This document shows positions 27,508 through 37,143 of a stretch of 64,000 bases of DNA, in pieces. Source of the DNA: Candidatus Apopatosoma intestinale. Lineage in GTDB: Bacteria > Bacillota > Clostridia > Oscillospirales > CAG-272. The notes beneath the pieces are model-generated. The model was not told the origin of the DNA and ran no database searches. It saw only the letters and a list, made by a program, of their open reading frames with translations. Location: NCBI GenBank assembly GCA_003524145.1, contig DODZ01000020.1, forward strand, positions 12,325 to 76,324, in the 5' to 3' direction. Within the stretch, counting starts at the first letter, position 1. Every line of letters begins with the position of its first letter. A program made the position numbers and the translations under genes.

Positions 27508-28542
27508 ATGGCTTTTTTGTATGTATTACTTGCAATACTGCTTTTCGGAGCTCTGATATTCATTCATGAGCTCGGGCATTTTCTCACCGCAAGACTTTTC
27601 CATGTGACTGTGCATGAATTTTCCATAGGCATGGGTCCGCGCCTTCTCTGGTTCACATCCAAAAAGAGCGGGACGGTCTATGCGCTCCGCCTTTTTCCGA
27701 TAGGCGGCTTTGTTTCCATGGCGGGAGAGGACGAAAAGAGTGACGATGAGAACGCTATTTCCGCAAAGCCTCTATGGCAAAGAATGATAATCACTGCGGC
27801 AGGTTCGTTTTCAAATCTGCTGCTTGGTTTTATCGTTGTCGGCATCATTGTTTTTTCAATGAAGAGCATATATGCTCCGGTAATAAGCGACTTTACCGAA
27901 AACGCGATAACCTCTGCGGAGGGCGGGCTTGAGGTCGGTGACAAGATAATCCGGGTCGGTCCGAGAAGAGTGTATACGGCAAGCGATGTTGTTTATGCCA
28001 TAGGCAGATACGGCGATGAGACGACAGAAGTTACCGTCATCCGCGGCGGCGAGAAGAAGATGCTGACGGTTACATTCCCGACATATGAAAATCAGGGAAT
28101 AAAATTCGGCAGTCGCGACTTTAATTTTAAAGAGGAAAACCGCAATTTCTTCTCGCTTATGCGTTATACATGGCATCAGTCGGTTATGGTTGTGCGCGTG
28201 ATATGGGATTCGCTCTTTGACCTCGTGACAGGCAAGCTCGGGCTGAAACAGCTTTCAGGTCCCGTCGGCATAACAAAAGAGATAGCCTCTGTTGCCCAGA
28301 GCGGAGACAAGGCAAATCTGCTCAGTATTTTTGCCATGCTTGCGGTAAACCTCGGCGTGATGAATCTTCTGCCTTTTCCCGCGCTGGACGGCGGCAGACT
28401 TTTCTTCATGTTTATCGAGCTGATATTCCGCAAGCCGATAAAACCGGAGGTGGAGGGCTACATCCACTTTGTCGGAATCATCATTCTGCTCGGGCTGATG
28501 GTGCTTGTGGCATTCAAGGATATAGCATACCTATTCAAGTAG
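27508..28542 (+). CDS. rseP: RIP zinc metalloprotease RseP/RasP (site-2 protease)
   Basis: Internal ATG at 27508. HELGHFL, a central PDZ-like segment, and NLLPFPALDGG. The ORF-track N-terminal extension overlaps dxr. Confidence 0.88.
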   Translation: MAFLYVLLAILLFGALIFIHELGHFLTARLFHVTVHEFSIGMGPRLLWFTSKKSGTVYALRLFPIGGFVSMAGEDEKSDDENAISAKPLWQRMIITAAGSFSNLLLGFIVVGIIVFSMKSIYAPVISDFTENAITSAEGGLEVGDKIIRVGPRRVYTASDVVYAIGRYGDETTEVTVIRGGEKKMLTVTFPTYENQGIKFGSRDFNFKEENRNFFSLMRYTWHQSVMVVRVIWDSLFDLVTGKLGLKQLSGPVGITKEIASVAQSGDKANLLSIFAMLAVNLGVMNLLPFPALDGGRLFFMFIELIFRKPIKPEVEGYIHFVGIIILLGLMVLVAFKDIAYLFK

Positions 28543-28554
28543 GCAGGATTAAAA

Positions 28555-29643
28555 ATGAATTATAACGAAATCAGAAGAAAAACCCGCGCGATAAGCGTTG
28601 GCAATATAAAAATAGGCGGCAATGCGCCGATATCGGTGCAGTCGATGACAAATACACCGAGCGAGGACTACGCCGCCACATATGCGCAGATGAAGGCGCT
28701 CGAAGCGGAGGGTTGCGATATAGTGCGTATGACAGTGCCTACCATCGAGGCGGCGCAGGTGCTCGGCAGACTGAGGGAATCGGATATCGCGATGCCTATA
28801 GTGGCGGATATTCATTTCGATTACCGCCTTGCCATAGCGGCGGCTGATGCGGGCGCAGATAAAATAAGAATAAACCCCGGCAACATAGGAGAGCGCGACA
28901 GAGTGAAAGCCGTTGTCTCCAAGTGCCGCGAAAAGCGCATACCGATAAGGATAGGCGTAAACAGCGGCTCTCTGGAAAAGGAGCTTCTCGCAAAATACGG
29001 TGCACCGACGGCAGAGGCTCTCGCCGAGAGCGCCATGGGGCATATAAAGATACTCGAGAGCCTTGATTTTTTTGATATCGCCGTTTCTATCAAATCGAGC
29101 GACGTTTTCACTATGGTGAAGGCGAATAAAATTCTCGCTTCGATGTGTGATTATCCTCTGCATCTCGGCGTGACCGAGGCAGGAAGAGGTGAAGCCGGAT
29201 GTCTCAAGAGTGCGCTTGGGCTCGGTGCATTGCTCACCTCCGGTATAGGCGATACCGTCCGCGTTTCGCTCACGGACAAGCCCGAGAGTGAAATAGAGGC
29301 GGCGCGGAATATACTAAAGGCACTTTCACTCTATGACGGAGGCTATATAAACATAATCTCCTGTCCGACCTGCGGCAGGACAAAAATAGATCTTATTTCT
29401 CTCTGCGAGAGGCTGGAAAAGCTTCTCTCCGGATATAAGCCAAACAGGAAAATAACACTTGCCGTCATGGGTTGTGTCGTAAACGGACCCGGCGAGGCAA
29501 GAGAAGCCGATATCGGAATAGCGGGCGGAGCCGGAGAAGCTGTTCTTTTCCGCCGCGGAGAAATCATCCGCAAAATAAAAGAGGAGAATATTTTGGAGGA
29601 GCTTGAAGCCGAAATAGCGAAGCTTTGCCAAAACCGAGCATAA
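28555..29643 (+). CDS. ispG: 4-hydroxy-3-methylbut-2-enyl-diphosphate synthase IspG (GcpE)
   Basis: VQSMTNT, RINPGNIG, CPTCGRT, MGCVVNGPGEA. Confidence 0.92.
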   Translation: MNYNEIRRKTRAISVGNIKIGGNAPISVQSMTNTPSEDYAATYAQMKALEAEGCDIVRMTVPTIEAAQVLGRLRESDIAMPIVADIHFDYRLAIAAADAGADKIRINPGNIGERDRVKAVVSKCREKRIPIRIGVNSGSLEKELLAKYGAPTAEALAESAMGHIKILESLDFFDIAVSIKSSDVFTMVKANKILASMCDYPLHLGVTEAGRGEAGCLKSALGLGALLTSGIGDTVRVSLTDKPESEIEAARNILKALSLYDGGYINIISCPTCGRTKIDLISLCERLEKLLSGYKPNRKITLAVMGCVVNGPGEAREADIGIAGGAGEAVLFRRGEIIRKIKEENILEELEAEIAKLCQNRA

Positions 29644-29652
29644 ATTTCAGAA

Positions 29653-32600
29653 ATGGGAAAAACACTGACCGAAATTTTTGATAAATATGTCCCGATGGCG
29701 GAAAACAGAAAAATACTCGACAGCGGCAGGGTACTGCGCAAGCGTATTGATATGGAAAAGCGCATGCTTGAGGTGGATGCCGCCTTTGATTCGCTTGTCG
29801 GCAAGGCGGAGCTTTATAAGCTGGAGCAGGCTCTCTCGGAAACCTACAGGCTTTCATATCTGAAAATATGTCCGAAATACGACGCTTCGCTTTTTACACC
29901 GAAGTATTTTCCCGAGGTTATTGCCGAGGCAAGGCATACCAACATCATCTCGCATGGTTTCCTGCAGAAATACAATGCGGATTTTGACGAAAACACGATA
30001 AATATAGAGATAATGTTCGGCGACGGCGGACTCGGCATGATGCGCGATGCGAATGTCGGCGACAAGATAGCCCGCATAATAGAAAACGAATTCGGGCTGA
30101 AATACGAGGTACGCTTCAGCACGGCGGGGAATATAGATGTTGACTACGAGGAGCTGATAGCAAATACATTTGCCGCCGCGCACAAAAAGGCGGATACTGC
30201 AGATGTACAGGATGAATCAGAAGTCTTTGAGATGCGCACCTCGCTCTCAAACGAGCCTATGGTAAACGATATCGACGAGCGCGGGATACTGCATATCGGC
30301 AATATAATGCTCGATATCTCTTCGCCCGAGCCTGTTTACGGCGAGGCTTTTGATATAGTGCCGACGGCTATGCGCGAGATAGAGGGAAATATGCCCTCCG
30401 TTATCGCCGCGGGAAAGATGTTCGGCATAGACTTCCGCGAAATACGCGGCAAGGGCACGGCGGTATCTTTTTTTCTGACTGACGATGACGCTTCCGTCAC
30501 GGTGAAGATGATGCTTCCCGACGACAAGGCGGAGCTTTTCCGCTCGCTCAAGGGCGGGTGCGCGCTCGCCGTGCGCGGCAGATACAAATACGATGAATTT
30601 GCGCAGGAAAATGTGCTTTCTCCGATAGGCGTGCAGAAGATAAAGCTTGTTTCGCGCACGGACGATGCGCCCGAGAAGCGTGTGGAGCTCCACCTGCATA
30701 CAAATATGTCCATGATGGACGCGACCATAGATCCATATGGCATTGTGGAGCTTGCTAAAAACTGGGGTCACAAGGCTGTCGCCATCACCGACCACGGAAA
30801 TGTTCAGGGCTTTCAGGAGGCGATGCTTGCCGCGGAGAAGCTCGGCATGAAGGTCATCTACGGTATGGAGGCATACTTTGTGGACGACACGGCAAAGGCT
30901 ATCTACGGCGATGAAGATATAAGCTTCGAGGATGAATTTATCGTTTTCGATACGGAGACGACGGGTCTTTCTCCCGTTTACAACAAGCTGACTGAGATAG
31001 GCGCTGTCCGCGTCAAGGACGGCGAGGTGCTGGAGGTTTTCAATACATTTGTCAATCCCGAGGTACACATACCCGAGAATATAACCGAGTTGACGGGTAT
31101 ATCCGACGATATGGTAGCCGACGCGCCGAAAACGAAAGAGGCTGTCGAGAATTTTCTTGCCTTTATCGGCGACAGAACGCTCGTGGCGCACAATGCCACA
31201 TTCGATATGGGCTTTATCCGCAAGGCGGCGGACGACTACGGGCTGAAATTTGACAATGCGTATATCGATACGGTTTCGATGTCGCGCTTTGTAAATCCCG
31301 ATCTGAAAAAGCACAAGCTTGATATAATCGCGGAATATTACGGACTCGGCGATTTCAATCATCACAGGGCAAGCGACGATGCCGAGATGTGCGCGGCGAT
31401 ATTCTACCGCATGATAGACAAGCTGCGCGGAGAGGGAATAGATTCGCTTGCACAGATGTCGCACTCCATGGTGGAAAATACAGACCCGAAAAAACTGAAA
31501 ACATATCATCAGATAATTCTCGTGAAGAACAAGGTCGGACTGAAAAATCTTTACAGGCTCATTTCGGAATCATATCTGAAATATTACAAGCGCGTTCCGA
31601 GAATACCGAAAACACAGCTTGAAAAATACCGCGAGGGGCTTATCATAGGCTCTGCCTGCGAGGCGGGGCAGCTTTTTACGGCACTTGTGGAGGGCAAGCC
31701 GTGGGATGAGCTTGTTTCCATAGCGCAATTTTACGATTACCTCGAAATTCAGCCTATTTCAAACAACGGGTTTCTGATACGCGAGGGAAGAGTTCCGGGA
31801 GAAGAGGGGCTTCGCGAGCTTAATCGCAGGATTGTGAAGCTCGGCGAGGAGACAGGCAAGCCTGTTGTTGCCACATGCGATGCGCACTTTCTCGAAAAGC
31901 ATGACGAGATATACAGAAAAATTCTGCTCTCAGGCATGAAATTTTCGGATGCGGATGCCGATATCGGGCTCTATATGAGAACAACAGACGAGATGCTCGC
32001 GGAATTTGCGTATCTCGGAGAAGAAAAGGCACGCGAGATAGTCATAACAAATACGAATAAGATAGCGGACGAGATAGAGGATGGCATACGCCCATTCCCT
32101 AAAGGGACTTTCACGCCGAAGATAGACGGCGCGGAGGAGGATCTGCAAAACCGTTGCTACAGCCGTGCGAAGTCGCTCTACGGCGACCCGCTTCCCGATA
32201 TAGTTCGTGAGAGGCTGGAAAAGGAGCTCGGCTCCATAATCAAAAACGGCTTTGCCGTGCTTTATATGATTGCGCAGAAGCTGGTCAGCTATTCCGAGAG
32301 CCAAGGCTATCTTGTCGGATCGCGCGGCTCGGTCGGTTCTTCGTTTGTCGCCTCAATGGGAGGTATCTCGGAGGTAAATCCTTTGCCACCGCATTACTAT
32401 TGCCCGCATTGCCAATATTCGGAATTCTTCACCGACGGCTCCGTCGGTTCGGGTTTTGACCTGCCCGATAAAAACTGCCCGCGTTGCGGAACGCCGCTCA
32501 AGGGCGACGGGCACAATATACCTTTTGAGACATTCCTCGGATTTCACGGCGAGAAATCGCCCGATATCGACCTGAATTTCTCAGGCGAAGTGCAGGGCAA

Positions 32601-33981
32601 GGTGCATAAATACACAGAAGAGCTTTTCGGTGCGGAAAACGTTTTCCGCGCGGGTACTATAGGTGCCGTTGCGAGCAAGACGGCATACGGCTATGTGCGC
32701 AAATATCTTGATGAACACAAGATAAACACCACAAAGGCGGAAATAGAGCGTCTTGTTTCGCATTGCGTCGGCGTAAAGCGCACTACGGGACAGCACCCGG
32801 GCGGCATCGTCGTTGTCCCGAAGGAAAACGAAATATACGATTTCACTCCGGTGCAGCATCCCGCCGACGACCCGAATTCCAACATTGTAACAACACACTT
32901 CACCTTTGAATATCTGCATGATACGCTGCTTAAGCTTGATGAGCTGGGGCACGATATTCCGACCAAATACAAGATGATAGAGCGATTTACGGGTACGAGC
33001 GTCATGGATGTTCCCATGAATGATCCCGAGGTATATAAGCTCTTTACTTCGACAGAGCCGCTCGGTGCTACACCCGCCGAAATACGCTCTCCTATAGGCA
33101 CGCTCGGCATACCCGAGATGGGCACCGGGTTTGTGCAGGGAATGCTCATGGATACAAAACCGCAGACCTTTGCAGACCTTTTGCAGGTTTCGGGACTTTC
33201 ACATGGGACTGATGTGTGGCTCGGCAATGCGCAGGTGCTCTGTAAAAAGAATATCTGCACGATTTCCTCCGTCATCGGTACGCGTGACAGTATCATGATT
33301 TCGCTCATCGGTTACGGAATGGACAGCGGAGATGCCTTTAATATAATGGAGAAGGTACGCAAGGGTAAGGGACTCTCTCCCGAGATGGAGGCGAAGATGC
33401 GCGAGGCTCATGTTCCGGACTGGTATATTGACTCCTGCAAGAAGATAAAATATCTTTTCCCGAAGGCGCACGCCGCGGCTTACGTAATGAGTGCGATACG
33501 CCTCGGTTGGTATAAGGTTCATATGCCGCTGGAATTTTACTGCGCATTTCTCAGTGCTGCGCCGGGTGGCTTTGACGCTTCCATTGCGATGAAAGGAAAG
33601 GATGCTGTCGTCCGCTGCCTTGAGGAAATAGAAGCAAAGGGCAACGACACCTCGCAAAAGGATGATGCACTCTATAACTCGATGCAGCTCGCAAATGAAT
33701 TTCTTGCCCGCGGATTCAGATTTCTGCCTGTTGACCTATATAAATCCGACGCAAGGCTGTTCCTGCCGGAAAACGGAAAAATGCGATTGCCTTTCGGAGC
33801 ACTGCCGGGACTCGGTGAGGCGGCGGCGCAAAGCCTGCAGTTGGCAAAGGCGGAGGGAGAGTATCTTTCCGTCGAGGATTTGCAGCAGCGCTCGTGCGTT
33901 TCAAAGGCTGTTTTGGAGATTCTTGATGCGAACGGAGTGCTCGCGGGGCTTTCCGAAACGAACCAAATGCGCCTTTTTTGA
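29653..33981 (+). CDS. polC: DNA polymerase III, PolC type
   Basis: 1442 aa with a PHP motif HLHTNMSMMD, a 3'-5' exonuclease motif FDTETTGL and HNATFDMGF, and a zinc finger CPHC...CPRCG. Confidence 0.95.
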   Translation: MGKTLTEIFDKYVPMAENRKILDSGRVLRKRIDMEKRMLEVDAAFDSLVGKAELYKLEQALSETYRLSYLKICPKYDASLFTPKYFPEVIAEARHTNIISHGFLQKYNADFDENTINIEIMFGDGGLGMMRDANVGDKIARIIENEFGLKYEVRFSTAGNIDVDYEELIANTFAAAHKKADTADVQDESEVFEMRTSLSNEPMVNDIDERGILHIGNIMLDISSPEPVYGEAFDIVPTAMREIEGNMPSVIAAGKMFGIDFREIRGKGTAVSFFLTDDDASVTVKMMLPDDKAELFRSLKGGCALAVRGRYKYDEFAQENVLSPIGVQKIKLVSRTDDAPEKRVELHLHTNMSMMDATIDPYGIVELAKNWGHKAVAITDHGNVQGFQEAMLAAEKLGMKVIYGMEAYFVDDTAKAIYGDEDISFEDEFIVFDTETTGLSPVYNKLTEIGAVRVKDGEVLEVFNTFVNPEVHIPENITELTGISDDMVADAPKTKEAVENFLAFIGDRTLVAHNATFDMGFIRKAADDYGLKFDNAYIDTVSMSRFVNPDLKKHKLDIIAEYYGLGDFNHHRASDDAEMCAAIFYRMIDKLRGEGIDSLAQMSHSMVENTDPKKLKTYHQIILVKNKVGLKNLYRLISESYLKYYKRVPRIPKTQLEKYREGLIIGSACEAGQLFTALVEGKPWDELVSIAQFYDYLEIQPISNNGFLIREGRVPGEEGLRELNRRIVKLGEETGKPVVATCDAHFLEKHDEIYRKILLSGMKFSDADADIGLYMRTTDEMLAEFAYLGEEKAREIVITNTNKIADEIEDGIRPFPKGTFTPKIDGAEEDLQNRCYSRAKSLYGDPLPDIVRERLEKELGSIIKNGFAVLYMIAQKLVSYSESQGYLVGSRGSVGSSFVASMGGISEVNPLPPHYYCPHCQYSEFFTDGSVGSGFDLPDKNCPRCGTPLKGDGHNIPFETFLGFHGEKSPDIDLNFSGEVQGKVHKYTEELFGAENVFRAGTIGAVASKTAYGYVRKYLDEHKINTTKAEIERLVSHCVGVKRTTGQHPGGIVVVPKENEIYDFTPVQHPADDPNSNIVTTHFTFEYLHDTLLKLDELGHDIPTKYKMIERFTGTSVMDVPMNDPEVYKLFTSTEPLGATPAEIRSPIGTLGIPEMGTGFVQGMLMDTKPQTFADLLQVSGLSHGTDVWLGNAQVLCKKNICTISSVIGTRDSIMISLIGYGMDSGDAFNIMEKVRKGKGLSPEMEAKMREAHVPDWYIDSCKKIKYLFPKAHAAAYVMSAIRLGWYKVHMPLEFYCAFLSAAPGGFDASIAMKGKDAVVRCLEEIEAKGNDTSQKDDALYNSMQLANEFLARGFRFLPVDLYKSDARLFLPENGKMRLPFGALPGLGEAAAQSLQLAKAEGEYLSVEDLQQRSCVSKAVLEILDANGVLAGLSETNQMRLF

Positions 33982-34032
33982 GAAAAACAGCAAAATTATT
34001 GATATTTTTTACATATTTTTTATTGAAAAGTC

Positions 34033-34060
34033 TTGTAAATGTTGAAAAATATGGTATAAT
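34033..34060 (+). promoter_or_regulatory. promoter with an extended -10 (TTGTAA-16-TGgTATAAT)
   Basis: TTGTAA at 34033-34038 and TGGTATAAT ending at 34060, upstream of hup. Confidence 0.55.
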
Positions 34061-34129
34061 AATAAATAGTTTATAAGGCGTTTTGCGCGCCCTAAAAGTA
34101 AAAAATAAAAATCAGAAAGGAAAAACACC

Positions 34130-34405
34130 ATGAATAAGACACAGCTGGTTGATGTTGTTGCCGCAAAGGCAGAGCTTAAGAAGAAAGAGGCTGAGGCTGC
34201 CGTAAGCGCAGTTGTAGCCGCTATCACAGAAGCACTTGAAGCAGGCGAAAAGGTTCAGCTTTCCGGTCTCGGCACATTTGAAGTTAAGGAAAGAGCCGAA
34301 AGAACAGGCAGAAATCCCAAGACACGCGAGGCTATCACTATACCCGCATGCAAGTATGCCGCTTTCTCTGCAAGCAAGACTCTCAAAGAGTCTGTAAACA
34401 AATAA
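34130..34405 (+). CDS. hup: DNA-binding protein HU
   Basis: 91 aa: MNKTQLVDVVA...GLGTFEVKERAERTGRNPKTRE. Confidence 0.9.
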   Translation: MNKTQLVDVVAAKAELKKKEAEAAVSAVVAAITEALEAGEKVQLSGLGTFEVKERAERTGRNPKTREAITIPACKYAAFSASKTLKESVNK

Positions 34406-34510
34406 GGAACTGTAAAAAAGCGCAGACCGAAAAAGTGAAATGGATTTTGCGGGCAAGAATATCCGCAAATGACAGATGCTTTTAAAATTCATCGGTAAAT
34501 ATGCAATGAA

Positions 34511-34539
34511 GGGAATCCTTGCGGATTCCCCTCGTTTTA
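34511..34539 (+). terminator. intrinsic terminator after hup
   Basis: GGGAATCC-TTGC-GGATTCCC followed by CTCGTTTTA. Confidence 0.55.
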
Positions 34540-34669
34540 TCTTGATTCACTTTTTCTACCGCCGAAATCCGCTCCTGTCGTATATCAATACGCCGACGAA
34601 GCGGATGTTCGACGCTTCTGCGCACTTTTTTCCGAGTTCCTCAAAATCAATTCTACACGGAGGGGCAGG

Positions 34670-34909
34670 ATGAGACTTGACAAATATCTCAAGGTTTCGC
34701 GCATAATCAAGCGCAGAACCGTGGCAAACAGTGCCTGCGACACCGAGCATGTTAAGGTGAATGGCAGAGATGCCAAGGCTTCATATCAGGTGAAGGTAGG
34801 CGACATCATAGAGATCGCCTTCGGCGAGCGCATAGTGAAAATCCGCGTGACCGATATAAGGGAACATACGCTGAAAAACGAGGCGGGAGAGCTTTACGAG
34901 GTTCTCTGA
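34670..34909 (+). CDS. yabO: S4-domain RNA-binding protein (YabO/Hsp15-like)
   Basis: MRLDKYLKVSRIIKRRT S4 motif. Located immediately upstream of yabP-yabQ-divIC, as in Bacillus. Confidence 0.8.
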   Translation: MRLDKYLKVSRIIKRRTVANSACDTEHVKVNGRDAKASYQVKVGDIIEIAFGERIVKIRVTDIREHTLKNEAGELYEVL

Positions 34910-34935
34910 CGGTGCTCTCGGAATAAAACGAAAGT

Positions 34936-34985
34936 CCTCCGCATAAATATATTTTTGAAAAAAGTATATTTATGCGGAGGTTTTT
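34936..34985 (+). terminator. strong hairpin terminator whose 3' arm contains the yabP RBS
   Basis: CCTCCGCATAAATATA (34936-34951) is the perfect reverse complement of TATATTTATGCGGAGG (34965-34980). It is followed by TTTTT and then the ATG at 34986. Confidence 0.7.
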
Positions 34986-35264
34986 ATGGAAAATACGGCG
35001 AAGCCGAAAAGTCAGAACATATATATCGCGGACAGGAGCAGTATCAAGGTGACGGGAGTCACCGATGTCATCAGCTTTGATGAATATGCCGTTTCAATGA
35101 GCACGGAAAGCGGCGAGCTGACAGTTGAGGGAGAGGGGCTTCACATATCTGAGCTTTCACTCGGCACGGGTGAGATCGCGATAGAGGGCAGGCTCTGGTC
35201 GCTCTCATACAGCGACGGAGCGACAGGTAAAAAGAAGGGCAGATTCTTTCGGGGAGCGAAATGA
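34986..35264 (+). CDS. yabP: sporulation protein YabP
   Basis: 92 aa: IKVTGVTDVISFDEYAVSMSTESGELTVEGEGLHISEL, the typical YabP pattern. Synteny with yabQ. Confidence 0.85.
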   Translation: MENTAKPKSQNIYIADRSSIKVTGVTDVISFDEYAVSMSTESGELTVEGEGLHISELSLGTGEIAIEGRLWSLSYSDGATGKKKGRFFRGAK

Positions 35265-35890
35265 ACGGTTTTTTCTACGATGATCCGCTCGATATACTGA
35301 AATTTTTCCTTCTCGGTGTGCTGGCGGGCGTTTATTACGATTTTTTCAGAATAATCCGGATCGCGCGCCGCTCGGACAGCCCCGTGAAGGCAAATTCATT
35401 TTATCTTAAGGTTGCCCCAAAGCATTTTTTTGAAAACAGAAAAAAAGCGCCGCTGACAGGAGCGGCAGATACGGTGCTTGTTTTCATCGAGGACTTGCTT
35501 TTCACCATCGGATGTGCGCTGGCGTTTATTTTTCTGACTTACGCGACAAACGAGGGGGAAATCCGCATATTCGGCTTTATCCTCGTGGCGTTTGGCTTCT
35601 TGCTTTACCGTATAAGCATAGGAAAAGCGGTGATTTATATCTCGGGACACATAATTTTTTCGGCAAAAATATTGATTTATTGGATTATGTATATTATAAT
35701 AAAACCGATAAGGCTTTTTTGCGGATTTGCCAAGCGCACCGTGCGGTGGATATTTGCAAAAACCGTCGGCGCACTTGCGGCAAAAATATCGTACAGGCGG
35801 CAGAGAGACTATACGAAAAAACTTTGCTCGGAGCTATTAAAAAATGCCGAAAACGGATTTACAAGAGATGCGGAGGTGGAAATGCGGTGA
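35261..35890 (+). CDS. yabQ: spore cortex biosynthesis protein YabQ
   Basis: Small polytopic membrane protein. The ATGA start overlaps the yabP stop, and its position matches yabQ. Confidence 0.7.
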   Translation: MNGFFYDDPLDILKFFLLGVLAGVYYDFFRIIRIARRSDSPVKANSFYLKVAPKHFFENRKKAPLTGAADTVLVFIEDLLFTIGCALAFIFLTYATNEGEIRIFGFILVAFGFLLYRISIGKAVIYISGHIIFSAKILIYWIMYIIIKPIRLFCGFAKRTVRWIFAKTVGALAAKISYRRQRDYTKKLCSELLKNAENGFTRDAEVEMR

Positions 35891-36153
35891 AAAAAAAGAC
35901 CGGCTTTATGCCGAAATTTATATTTTTTGTTTTTCTCGTATTCTGCCTTTTTTCCGTAATATCGCTTCGCCTGCAGTTAAGCGATCTTGAAACTGAGCGA
36001 GATGCGGCAATGGCAAAGCTGGATGATTGCAAATTCCGGCTCGAGGAACTGGATTATGAATATTCGCTCGATGAGGACGCCTACATAGAGCGCTATATGC
36101 GCAAAAACGGCTACCGCATGGGCGGAGAAATAGTTTTCAAATCCGAGGACTGA
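35887..36153 (+). CDS. divIC: septum formation initiator (DivIC/FtsB family)
   Basis: GTG at 35887 overlaps the yabQ stop (GTGA). One TM segment (FIFFVFLVFCLFSVISL) followed by a coiled coil (LQLSDLETERDAAMAKLDDCKFRLEELDYE). The upstream part of ORF 35512-36153 overlaps yabQ out of frame. Confidence 0.65.
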   Translation: MKKKTGFMPKFIFFVFLVFCLFSVISLRLQLSDLETERDAAMAKLDDCKFRLEELDYEYSLDEDAYIERYMRKNGYRMGGEIVFKSED

Positions 36154-36167
36154 CAAAATTATACAAC

Positions 36168-36208
36168 AAAAAAGCGCACAATCCCCCCAAATGTGCGCTT
36201 TTTTATTT
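36168..36208. terminator. bidirectional intrinsic terminator
   Basis: AAAAAA-GCGCACA (36174-36180) pairs with TGTGCGC (36192-36198) and is followed by TTTTTT. It lies between convergent divIC and the ECF S-component gene. Confidence 0.7.
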
Positions 36209-36248
36209 TGCCCAAAGCGAGGTAGTTGCCCGGGACGGAGGAATTTGC

Positions 36249-36923
36249 TTATGACTCGAAATCAGCCTGCTTTGTGATGAAAGGAACAGCGCCTATAATG
36301 AATGCGGCGACTGTGGTAAGAATTGTTTCGGGAATCATGTAAACGGCATTGTACAGAACGGAATAAAGAATCGAGAGGGAAGCACCGGAATATTTTTCCA
36401 TTATTGCCGCACCGGTTTCGCCGAGCTCGCCGAAGAACCAGCTTGCCCATGAACCATAGAAAACAGCACCGGAAATAACATGAACGATATAGCGGCATAC
36501 GCAGGCAACGAGAGCGCCTATACCAAGAGCGGCAGAAGGCTTGCCTATCTTTCTGAAAAGGGAAGCAACACCGAGTACGGTATATGCGATAACATAGTCA
36601 AGCAGGCAGATAAGGATGGCTTTCCACCAGAGCTGCTGGCTGTCACCGGGCATAAAGAGCGCGGAAACTGTTTTCATGCTCACAAGTATCTTGAGTATGC
36701 CGAAAACGAGCGCGGAACCGAAGCCCCACTTTACTCCGTAGAGATAGCCGATGAGAACTATAGGGAGCATGGAAAGGACTGTTACGCTGCCGCCGAAAGG
36801 CGATTCGTAAACAACAACGAATGTAAGTACTATTGCTATGGCGATAAGCATAGCGCAGGTAACAAGCTTGCGGAGTCTACTGTTTCTCTCTCGGAAGCTG
36901 AGTTTGGTTTTTTCTTTTGACAT
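36249..36923 (-). CDS. thiT: ECF transporter S component, probable thiamine transporter ThiT
   Basis: Internal ATG at 36923 preceded by AAGGAGG. About 6 TM segments. Sits directly downstream of a TPP riboswitch. Confidence 0.7.
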   Translation of the reverse strand: MSKEKTKLSFRERNSRLRKLVTCAMLIAIAIVLTFVVVYESPFGGSVTVLSMLPIVLIGYLYGVKWGFGSALVFGILKILVSMKTVSALFMPGDSQQLWWKAILICLLDYVIAYTVLGVASLFRKIGKPSAALGIGALVACVCRYIVHVISGAVFYGSWASWFFGELGETGAAIMEKYSGASLSILYSVLYNAVYMIPETILTTVAAFIIGAVPFITKQADFES

Positions 36924-36944
36924 AATGAAAAACCTCCTTGAAGA

Positions 36945-37095
36945 AAATAAAAAATACCGCAGATATACATCGCGGTATAAAAAGAGATATTGCAAGTATC
37001 TTAATCTTCCTACGATGGCATTATCCATATCAGGTAAAAGGGTTCTCGGATAACATCCTCGTCTCAGCCGATAAATATCAGCGCCCCTGATTATA
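36945..37095 (-). promoter_or_regulatory. TPP (THI-box) riboswitch with terminator expression platform
   Basis: The minus strand reads CAGGGGCGCTGATATTTATCGGCTGAGACGAGGATGTTATCCGAGAACCCTTTTACCTGATATGGATAATGCCATCGTAGGAAG, which contains the conserved CTGAGA, ACCTGAT, GGATAATGCC and CGTAGGAA elements. It is followed by the hairpin ATACCGC...GCGGTAT plus TTTTTTATTTT. Confidence 0.9.
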
Positions 37096-37114
37096 TATTT
37101 TGCGGTTCGCATAT

Positions 37115-37143
37115 ATAATAATATGAAAAGGAGGATTTGTCAA
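37115..37143 (-). promoter_or_regulatory. sigma-A-type promoter, TTGACA-17-TATTAT (minus strand), driving the riboswitch-thiT unit
   Basis: The reverse complement of 37138-37143 is TTGACA and that of 37115-37120 is TATTAT. Confidence 0.55.

Noticed and set aside
35512-35886. The upstream part of ORF 35512-36153, which overlaps yabQ in another frame.
   Set aside because: Only the last 89 codons (from GTG 35887, which overlaps the yabQ stop) look like a DivIC/FtsB protein, with a TM segment and a coiled coil. The upstream part is a shadow of yabQ.
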